Below are positions 29,363 through 36,927 of a DNA stretch of 64,000 bases, in pieces. Position 1 is the first letter of the stretch. Every line of letters begins with the position of its first letter. The notes beneath the pieces were generated by a model, which made no database searches, was not told the origin of the DNA, and saw only the letters and a program-made list of their open reading frames with translations. Both the position numbers and the translations under genes were made by a program. Source of the DNA: Bacteroidetes oral taxon 274 str. F0058 (GTDB taxonomy: Bacteria; Bacteroidota; Bacteroidia; Bacteroidales; Paludibacteraceae); the NCBI GenBank assembly GCA_000163695.1, contig GG774889.1, forward strand, positions 520,042 to 584,041. The letters are read 5' to 3'.

Positions 29363-30634
29363 ATGAAGAGAGAACTTAAAACAATTCTTATCGCCTTTGG
29401 AACGATATTATGGAGTGCTTCCTCTGTCTGGGCACAAGATGTCAATATGTCTCGTTACATTACGCTTAAGGTAAAAAAGGGGACAAATATAAAGCTCGAC
29501 CTTTGGGCGGATGCTGCCGGTACTACTATAAAAATAGTTAGCGGCAGCAACGAGCAAACCGTAAAAGTAGATAGCGCCTGGACACACTCTCGAAACTATG
29601 TCGCCGAAGCCGGTACTATGACTATTTACGGCAATGTGCTGAGGTTTAACTGTTGTGATAACAATGCAAATGTTACCGAATTGAATGCAAGTCATAATGC
29701 ACAATTGCAAGGGTTGTTCTGCAGTAATAATACTATTACTTCGATAGACGTAAGTAAAAATCCGGAACTGTTATGGTTGTATTGCCACGAAAACTCTTTG
29801 GCAACGCTTGATGTCAGTCATAGTACTAAATTGAAAGGTCTGCGATGTTATCAAAACACTCTTACCTCGCTCGATGTAAGCCATAATGAACAATTGACGG
29901 AGTTGGATTGCTCGGAAAACAAGATTTCGTCTCTCGATGTAAGCAAAAATACACTGTTGACGAAATTGTTTTGTCTGAAAAACGCTATAACAACACTTGA
30001 CGTAAGTAAAAATACTCAATTGACGATTTTAGACTGTGGAAAAAATAATCTTACATCTCTAGATGTTAGCAAAAACACAAGTTTAGAAGAACTGTATTGC
30101 TTTGGAAATTCTATTGCTACACTTGATTTTAGCCGTAATGCGAGTTTAAAATCGGTGTCTTGTTATAATAATAAGTTTACTGCCAAGGTATTAGATGATA
30201 TTTACTGTTCGCTGCCCGATAGGAAAGGGGGAGAAGAAACAGGTATAATAAATCCCGTATTAAATGCTTCGTCTCCCGATAATAGTATAGTACTTGCCAC
30301 CAACGGTAAAAACGCTACCGCTAGAAACTGGCAGATACAGTATTACGAAGATGACACTGATGTTACGGGCTTTACCGGTACGCACCAATGTGTAGGTGGC
30401 ACAGGCATCGACGAAACGAAAGATTTACCGGCATTCAGCATATATCCTAACCCCGTCAAAGACATTTTGAATATAGCTCCCGACAAACCCGTACACAGTA
30501 TACATATATACAACACATACGGCACGGAAGTAGCCCACGCTACCGACGCTACGAGTATCGATGTATCGCACCTGTCCGCAGGCGTCTATATGGTGCATGC
30601 CGATGGCAAGGTAACAAGGATAATTAAGGAATAA
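29363..30634 (+). CDS. secreted LRR protein with one module and a T9SS C-terminal domain (last array member)
   Basis: 423 aa; N-domain, ~9 LRRs, linker and C-terminal domain with minor divergence (AFSIYPNPVKDILNIAPDKPVHSIHIYNTYGTEV). Confidence 0.85.
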   Translation: MKRELKTILIAFGTILWSASSVWAQDVNMSRYITLKVKKGTNIKLDLWADAAGTTIKIVSGSNEQTVKVDSAWTHSRNYVAEAGTMTIYGNVLRFNCCDNNANVTELNASHNAQLQGLFCSNNTITSIDVSKNPELLWLYCHENSLATLDVSHSTKLKGLRCYQNTLTSLDVSHNEQLTELDCSENKISSLDVSKNTLLTKLFCLKNAITTLDVSKNTQLTILDCGKNNLTSLDVSKNTSLEELYCFGNSIATLDFSRNASLKSVSCYNNKFTAKVLDDIYCSLPDRKGGEETGIINPVLNASSPDNSIVLATNGKNATARNWQIQYYEDDTDVTGFTGTHQCVGGTGIDETKDLPAFSIYPNPVKDILNIAPDKPVHSIHIYNTYGTEVAHATDATSIDVSHLSAGVYMVHADGKVTRIIKE

Positions 30635-30858
30635 GTATTCTGTTGAGACGTTCAATCGTTGAACTGTTGAACTGAGTCTCTGATTAAAAAAACGGAGAGT
30701 AGTGTAGAGCTGCTCCTCGTTTTGTTGATTGCGTTAGCTTGGGGCGAATATCGCAAGTCGTTTTTACTGACGGTTGCCCGTTAGACTACCTGTTTCTATC
30801 CCGAATAGACAGTAGGCTAAAATCCGCAATTTTTTAGAAATGGGCAATTCCCCGGAGG

Positions 30859-31104
30859 TTATTTTTGCTTAGGTTTGGCTACATTGCCTCCGCTGCGGTC
30901 GTAGCCTTTGCCGTTGTTTCTGAAAAAGAAAGGTATAACTATCAGTAATAATAGAGCCGTACCGCTTACAATCATAGTCGTTTTCAGACCTTTTTGCAGT
31001 TGCTCGAGTGTAACGGGGTTCTCTATGCCCCATAGGTCTAATGTGAAAAAGGCAGCTACACAGAGTATTAGTATTGTTACGATAATTCCGATGATATATT
31101 TCAT
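30859..31104 (-). CDS. small two-helix membrane protein
   Basis: 81 aa with two hydrophobic helices and a basic C-terminus; downstream partner of the SPFH gene. Confidence 0.4.
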   Translation of the reverse strand: MKYIIGIIVTILILCVAAFFTLDLWGIENPVTLEQLQKGLKTTMIVSGTALLLLIVIPFFFRNNGKGYDRSGGNVAKPKQK

Positions 31105-31138
31105 ATTGTTTGCTTAGGTTTTATAAGAACTGATACTT

Positions 31139-32140
31139 TTACATTTTGCTCAAAATCTCTTGTTTCTTGGTGTCGAAGTCTGCTTGCGATATTATCTCCT
31201 CGTCGAGCAGTATTTTCAGTTTACGGAGTTTTTCGGCAGCGTCCGAATTACCTGCCGATATAAAACTGTCGGTCTGTTCATTGAACTTTTTACCCAGCTC
31301 CATACCTACGCCGAGCTGTAAGCCTGTGCCTGCCAATCCCCCTTCGTTGCGGGCGGCGTCGCGGAGAGCACGCAGTTTTTCGAGTTCTGTGTAGCTTAGT
31401 CCTGCCTGCTCTGCTGCTTTTATGTCGGCAGAGATATCGGCTACACGACCGATTCGTTCCTGTGTCTGCTCGTCGAACTGCGTCCCCACAATCCTGAAGT
31501 CCGTAAGACACAACCCCATTTTTGTGTACTCGTTGTTTGTTTTAGCACCTATATCGTGAGCTATATCGTCGAGTTTACCGTCTATTTCCGTGTACGAATA
31601 TCTTTTTTCGTTGATGACGTTTGCCACAAGCTGTAGGATACGCTCGGTGATCACCGCACTCATCTCATTGGTGTATAATTCTGTACGGGTACCTATTATT
31701 TGTGTGAAAAAATGTCGCGGCTCGGCTATCCGATACGAGAAGTTGCCGTTGAGCCCTATTTCCACGGGGATATTGTATGTGCTGTCGATAAATTTGATTG
31801 GCGAAGGCGTCCCCCAATGTTGGTTGATTATCTGGGCTCTACGAAAGAAGTAGATATCAAGTTTATACTCACTCTCGAAATTTTGCCTTAGTTTCGTGAG
31901 CGTGGTGATAAACGGATGATTGTCCGTCTCGAGGTTGAAAGAGCCCTCCGTCTCGATAACATCGGCTATTTGTCCCTCGTATACCAATATACAGCCTTGT
32001 CCGGGAGCGACGATAAGTTTGCTTGCGTTTATTATCTCGTCACGTTTGCTCGGATATTTGTACCAAAGCATTGTACTATCGGCGTTGTCCCATCTTATTA
32101 CTTTCGAAAGCTGGTTGCCGAAAATATTGAAAATCCCCAT
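31139..32140 (-). CDS. SPFH/band-7 domain protein with a C-terminal SHOCT-like tail
   Basis: 333 aa with flotillin/SPFH-like core composition; the C-terminus ...LLDEEIISQADFDTKKQEILSKM resembles the SHOCT short C-terminal motif. Confidence 0.55.
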   Translation of the reverse strand: MGIFNIFGNQLSKVIRWDNADSTMLWYKYPSKRDEIINASKLIVAPGQGCILVYEGQIADVIETEGSFNLETDNHPFITTLTKLRQNFESEYKLDIYFFRRAQIINQHWGTPSPIKFIDSTYNIPVEIGLNGNFSYRIAEPRHFFTQIIGTRTELYTNEMSAVITERILQLVANVINEKRYSYTEIDGKLDDIAHDIGAKTNNEYTKMGLCLTDFRIVGTQFDEQTQERIGRVADISADIKAAEQAGLSYTELEKLRALRDAARNEGGLAGTGLQLGVGMELGKKFNEQTDSFISAGNSDAAEKLRKLKILLDEEIISQADFDTKKQEILSKM

Positions 32141-32183
32141 AATTTACTCTTTTTATAGTTTTACCTTATTTATGACGCTTTAT

Positions 32184-33533
32184 TTATTCGTCTAAATTCC
32201 ATTCGATTAATTTGCCTTTTTTGTTTTTTGTATTGAGCAGCCACGATTTCTCGTGTTTCGTAAACAGATATCCGTCTTTCAGTACGACAGCATCATCACT
32301 GATAATATACGGCATATCTGCCGGAATAGTCCATTTTATCTCTGCTGTGGCGGCATCGAGTATCTGTACGATAGTATTGCCCGATAGTGTCGGTTTGAAA
32401 GCAATCATTACCTCTTGGTCGTTGTAAGCCAGCACATGACCGGATATATAATCGCGATTGGGGGTGAAATCACTGAACGAAATCATCCGCGATTTCTCTC
32501 TTATATATGGTAATATGAGTACCTTCCGATATGGCGACCTGTCGGTGAATATTCCCGAGCCTCCGAAGTCTTTGTCCCACTTGAATCCGGGTTGATATAC
32601 TGGATAGCCGATTTGCCACCAATAGTAGTATTTTATCAACTGTATTTTTTCGTCGGGAAAATAATCCGATTTTCCCGAAAACCGAAAACCCACACGCTTC
32701 TTGGCATTAGGTAGCTTCATACCTCGTGCTGCATAATATCCTTCTGCGGTGTATACTTTGTTGATTATCGGGAAATAATATAGCTCTTTCCCTAATTCGT
32801 TGATTACCTTAAATCCGTCGCCTTCTTCGGGTTCGAATCTTATCTCGAAGACACCTTTGGCAAGCTCGGGTAGGTTCAACGATTGGAATTGGACTTCATC
32901 GAGTTCGTATCTTCCCGTGTCGAATACGAAAAGCCGTTTATTGTTGATAATTACATATATCTTACCGTTTTCGAACAACTTTGTTTCAATAATATCGGTA
33001 AAATTAATGTTATCTATATTTCTTATGGGTTTAATCGCTACTTCACTACTGTCCGTTGCCCGATAAATGCCGTAAGACGGCGTTTCGTCTTCGTATGTGG
33101 AATAATCTTTTTTTGTCGCCCTGGCACCGATGATAAGTATCATACCCTCTCCATCGGTATTTGCAAATCCTCTGAATTTCACTATTTTATTCCAAACGAC
33201 AACTGGTTTATCCGTCTTCTCTTCGGCAACGGTTACCGAAGGGGGTTGGTTATAAAACGTCTTCGGTGAGAGAACATATCTTACAATACTGATGAAAATA
33301 AAGCAACCGACGATGACTGATATTGATATCAGTGCGTGTTTTACGTTTATCTTGTTTAGTGGGTTTTCGTACTTGTGGTTTATGTTAATATCGTCGCTGT
33401 CGATGAAAAACTCTGTCTGACAGCTACTGCACTTGTAATAGTCGGGGCGTAGCTCCTTGGCTCTTGTGCTGCCGCATTGCGGACATTTTACAGCTTTTAT
33501 TCGTTTTGCCATTTCTCGTATAAAAAAACGCAC
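32184..33533 (-). CDS. zinc-ribbon membrane protein with a large extracytoplasmic domain, function unknown
   Basis: N-terminal CPQCGS...CSSC zinc ribbon, one TM helix (ISISVIVGCFIFISIV), then ~340 aa of soluble domain. Confidence 0.5.
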   Translation of the reverse strand: MRFFIREMAKRIKAVKCPQCGSTRAKELRPDYYKCSSCQTEFFIDSDDININHKYENPLNKINVKHALISISVIVGCFIFISIVRYVLSPKTFYNQPPSVTVAEEKTDKPVVVWNKIVKFRGFANTDGEGMILIIGARATKKDYSTYEDETPSYGIYRATDSSEVAIKPIRNIDNINFTDIIETKLFENGKIYVIINNKRLFVFDTGRYELDEVQFQSLNLPELAKGVFEIRFEPEEGDGFKVINELGKELYYFPIINKVYTAEGYYAARGMKLPNAKKRVGFRFSGKSDYFPDEKIQLIKYYYWWQIGYPVYQPGFKWDKDFGGSGIFTDRSPYRKVLILPYIREKSRMISFSDFTPNRDYISGHVLAYNDQEVMIAFKPTLSGNTIVQILDAATAEIKWTIPADMPYIISDDAVVLKDGYLFTKHEKSWLLNTKNKKGKLIEWNLDE

Positions 33534-33650
33534 AAAGTTAATGATTTTTTGTCTTTTTGGGATAAAAAATATTTTTTTGTAAAGTTTATTTGTCTATATG
33601 TAAAATAAATATTACTTTTGTGGCGTATAATTTAAATTTATTATGTAGTT

Positions 33651-34124
33651 ATGAAATCGAATTTTTTATTGCCAAATAGGTTTAAGCCTGTCGGTTGGAT
33701 TGTTTTTTTCATCGGTTTTCTATTAAGTGTTTTGTGTATATGTCTACAGGATACAGACATATTACAAACGAAGGTTTTTGCTCTCTTTTATAATATCGGT
33801 ATTTTAGGTGTCGGTTTTTGCGGGATTGTAGAGAATAGTATTCTCGACGAAATCGCTGCCGTAATGATAATAATCGGCGGCGTATTGATTATGTTTTCCA
33901 AAGAGAAGAACGAAGATGAGTTCGTCGCCTCCTTACGGCTTAATGCACTGTCGTGGGCGGTTCTGATAAACTGTGTGGTACTGTTGCTTGCGGTCGTCTT
34001 TGTGTACGATTTTCCTTTCTTCTGGGTACTCGTGGGCAATATGTTTACTATCCCGATGATTTTTATACCTCGGTTTTATTGGTTGTTGCACCGTACTTCC
34101 CCCAAAAATAACGATTATGACTAA
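33651..34124 (+). CDS. small polytopic membrane protein (DUF2975-like partner of an XRE regulator)
   Basis: 157 aa with 4 TM helices; its stop overlaps the start of the downstream HTH gene (ATGACTAA). Confidence 0.45.
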   Translation: MKSNFLLPNRFKPVGWIVFFIGFLLSVLCICLQDTDILQTKVFALFYNIGILGVGFCGIVENSILDEIAAVMIIIGGVLIMFSKEKNEDEFVASLRLNALSWAVLINCVVLLLAVVFVYDFPFFWVLVGNMFTIPMIFIPRFYWLLHRTSPKNNDYD

Positions 34125-34317
34125 CAGTATAAAAGTAGAGCGTGCCCGCAAAAACATCACTCAGGGACAGTTGGCAGAGATGGTCGGTGTCAGCCGCCAG
34201 ACGATTAATGCCATCGAGTTGGGCAAATATAACCCCTCGACCGTGTTATCGTTGAAGATGTCGCGCGTATTCGAGGTAAGCGTCAACGACCTCTTCTGCC
34301 TCGAAGACGACGATTGA
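34117..34317 (+). CDS. XRE-family helix-turn-helix transcriptional regulator (YozG-like)
   Basis: 66 aa; ...ITQGQLAEMVGVSRQTINAIELGKYNPS... is a classic Cro/C1-type HTH. Confidence 0.8.
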   Translation: MTNSIKVERARKNITQGQLAEMVGVSRQTINAIELGKYNPSTVLSLKMSRVFEVSVNDLFCLEDDD

Positions 34318-34361
34318 GCCGAGTATAATACCTGAATATAGCGAGATCAAATGTCGGTGTG

Positions 34362-35189
34362 TCAGAACAGCAGCAGGCTTACTGCCATCACCGCCATTCC
34401 TGCTACCATACCGTATATTGCTAAATGGTGTTTGCCGTAGGTCTCGGCGGCGGGCAGCAGTTCGTCAAGCGAGATGAAGACCATAATACCTGCTATTATG
34501 CCAAATACTATACCAAAAACATTGTCGTTGAGGAAGGGGGCAAGTATGGCATAGCCTATCAGAGCCCCCAGCGGCTCGGCAAGCCCCGACAGGAACGAGA
34601 GCCAGAAGGCTTTTTTGCGGTTGCCCGTGGCATAGAACACAGGAACGGAGACCGATATTCCTTCGGGAATGTTGTGTATGGCAATAGCAAATGCTATGGG
34701 GATAGCTACGTTGATGTTTTTCAGCCCTGCAAGGAAAGTAACCATCCCTTCGGGAAAGTTGTGTATGGCAAGCACCAGAGCCGTTACCATACCTACACGA
34801 AGCAGTCCGCCCTGCGAGGGTTGTTTTGCAGATGTACGGTCGTGATGCTGAACTTGCGATATGTCTTCTATGCTCCTCATCTCGTGGGGATTCTCGTACT
34901 TGGGGACAAACTTATCTATAAGCATAATGATGAGTATGCCTACAAAAAAAGATATGGTAGCGTATATCGTTCCCGTTTTTACGCCGTGCATATCGGTGAG
35001 TGATATGATGGCGTTCGGTAGCAGTTCGGCAAAAGAGACATAAATCATCACTCCTGCCGAGAAACCGAGCGAGATCGAAAGAAAAGAGGTATTGGTACGT
35101 TTTGCAAAAAATGCTATTGCGCTGCCTATGCCTGTCGAGATACCGGCAAAGAGGGTAAGCATAAAAGCAATAAGAACGGTGTTGTCCAT
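34362..35189 (-). CDS. zupT: ZIP-family zinc transporter ZupT
   Basis: 275 aa; conserved ZIP helices ...LAIHNFPEGM... and ...IAIHNIPEGISV... with a His-rich loop. Confidence 0.85.
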   Translation of the reverse strand: MDNTVLIAFMLTLFAGISTGIGSAIAFFAKRTNTSFLSISLGFSAGVMIYVSFAELLPNAIISLTDMHGVKTGTIYATISFFVGILIIMLIDKFVPKYENPHEMRSIEDISQVQHHDRTSAKQPSQGGLLRVGMVTALVLAIHNFPEGMVTFLAGLKNINVAIPIAFAIAIHNIPEGISVSVPVFYATGNRKKAFWLSFLSGLAEPLGALIGYAILAPFLNDNVFGIVFGIIAGIMVFISLDELLPAAETYGKHHLAIYGMVAGMAVMAVSLLLF

Positions 35190-35213
35190 AATTTATTTTA
35201 TTGCGAAAAACAA

Positions 35214-35837
35214 TTAAAATTCGAATTCTATCCCTATCATCAGCTCTTCGGGAGCAAAACGCAGTCCGAAACCGTTGTTGCCGACTCTGTGTTCTTCGGC
35301 GGTGAAATAATCCCTACGGTAGCCTGCAAAGCCCATACGCAGGCAGAGACAAAGCCCTTCGGTGAGGTCTACACAAGCCCCCGGACGTATACCCACCTCG
35401 AATCCCCATTTGTCGGAGGAGATATTGTCTATACGATAATTGCCGAAGTTGACGCCCACTCCGCCGTCTACGTATAAGTTGAACGGACCTTTGTGATAGT
35501 AGTAATATCGGGCAAAAGGCGAGAACTTGAACGTATTGGAGATGTGCCTTTGTCCGTTGTGGTTTTCCGACTCGTGTTCGTAAGCAGCCAAGACGCCCAA
35601 GCCCCAAGTGTCATTGAAGAGATAACCTATCTCGGGGCAGAAGTCGAATAAAAACGACTGTTCTTTATTGTCGCTCCACACAGTGAAGGCTCCTCCGGCA
35701 AACATTCTGCTTTTGTGTTGGTGAGTGTCCGATTCGTGTCCTACGGCGGCAGGGAAGGTCTGTTGTGCGTAAGCGGTGATTGTCGTAGCCAAGGCGACAG
35801 TCAAGAGTAACAATACTTGTCTTTTCGAGGTATTCAT
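35214..35837 (-). CDS. small outer-membrane beta-barrel protein, His-rich
   Basis: 207 aa; signal peptide ...TAYAQQ; C-terminal ...IGIEFEF barrel signature; clusters HESDTHQHK and YEHESENHNGQRH. Confidence 0.55.
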   Translation of the reverse strand: MNTSKRQVLLLLTVALATTITAYAQQTFPAAVGHESDTHQHKSRMFAGGAFTVWSDNKEQSFLFDFCPEIGYLFNDTWGLGVLAAYEHESENHNGQRHISNTFKFSPFARYYYYHKGPFNLYVDGGVGVNFGNYRIDNISSDKWGFEVGIRPGACVDLTEGLCLCLRMGFAGYRRDYFTAEEHRVGNNGFGLRFAPEELMIGIEFEF

Positions 35838-35917
35838 ATTATCTGATGTTTTTTTAATTATTGCAAAGTTATAATATTTTTAGCTATAAAGGATAAAATA
35901 TTATCGGTTATTTTGTT

Positions 35918-36604
35918 TTATTGTATAATGTCATTCAGGTTATCCCATTTGCCGCCTTTTTTCTGTGCAATCAGACTTCTAATTGTATTCCCCTTTTCGT
36001 CAGTGAGTTCGAGACTTGCTCCTGCTTTCAATAATCGTTCGGCAATTTTGATATTATCGTTGTCGATAGCTATCAGTAGCGGAATTTCTTTGTATTCGGT
36101 ATTAGAGTCGTATAATCCGTCGGGATTTGCCCCTTTTATCAATAGATAGTCTACAATCTTTTCGTTACCGACTCGGCAGGCTACCCCCAGAGGTGTCAGC
36201 AAATTTTCGGTGCAAGGCTTCTCGATGTCGGCTTTATTGTTGTCTACAAGATACTTTACTATATGTAAATGATTGTTCTCGATAGCCACTTTAAGAGCAT
36301 CGTATATCAGAATTTCGTCGGTTTGGGCGTATTCACTGTCGGCTCCTTGTGATATTAGTTTCTCGACTTTCCCCAGATTCCCCTTTTTGCATTCCGCTCC
36401 GAGTCTTGTATACATAAAGCCGTCTATCTCGATACAAAACGAATCTATATTGTCTCTTGGTTTGCTGTCGGCGACTGTCGTTTCGGATTGTTTACGCGCA
36501 CTGCTGTAATCGGTCGTTGTTATGGCATAGACAACGGTCGATAAAATCATTGTATAAAAAAACAGATGTCTCATAAATACCTTCTTGGGTTTTGATATTG
36601 TCAA
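35918..36604 (-). CDS. ankyrin-repeat protein with an N-terminal signal/anchor
   Basis: Repeats ...GADSEY...ALKVAIENNHLHIVKYLVDNNKADI... and TPLGVACRVGNEKIVDYLLIKGANPD fit the ANK consensus. Confidence 0.75.
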   Translation of the reverse strand: MTISKPKKVFMRHLFFYTMILSTVVYAITTTDYSSARKQSETTVADSKPRDNIDSFCIEIDGFMYTRLGAECKKGNLGKVEKLISQGADSEYAQTDEILIYDALKVAIENNHLHIVKYLVDNNKADIEKPCTENLLTPLGVACRVGNEKIVDYLLIKGANPDGLYDSNTEYKEIPLLIAIDNDNIKIAERLLKAGASLELTDEKGNTIRSLIAQKKGGKWDNLNDIIQ

Positions 36605-36927
36605 AATAAATAATTAAAATTGACGGCTGCGATTGCCGTTTTGCAAAGATAATCATTATTTCCTCGACGCGTATACCTTAGCCCGTGCCCCTTGTATGTG
36701 GTTGGTCTTTTTGGGGCGTAGCTTGGCTGTTTCGCCTGTCCCGTATTTATGCGCTACGTATATTCGTTAGGGTCATCGACCTAAACGTAGCTACATTTTG
36801 TACAAACGTATAGGCTATTTAGAACCGTTTGTATCTTTTGTAGATATATTCCCACAAAACACCTAAACAGGACGTAAAATATCGGAAAAGAATGCTATGT
36901 CTTCTGTCATTACATAGCGCATACGGC

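Larger units (their letters stand above)
9090..30724 (+). repeat. tandem array of ten paralogous T9SS-cargo genes with conserved ~260-bp spacers (9 LRR proteins plus 1 non-LRR)
   Basis: Signal peptides, N-domains, linkers and 65-aa C-terminal domains are near-identical across the members. Each spacer repeats the order: 3'-UTR palindrome, terminator, TAnnTTTG, leader. Confidence 0.9.

Noticed and set aside
9181-30634. CRISPR-like or diversity-generating-retroelement explanation for the repeated ~66-bp units and variable blocks
   Set aside because: The repeats are in-frame LRR codons, imperfect, with no spacer/repeat alternation and no cas genes. No reverse transcriptase or template/variable repeat pair is present in the window, so DGR mutagenesis is unsupported.
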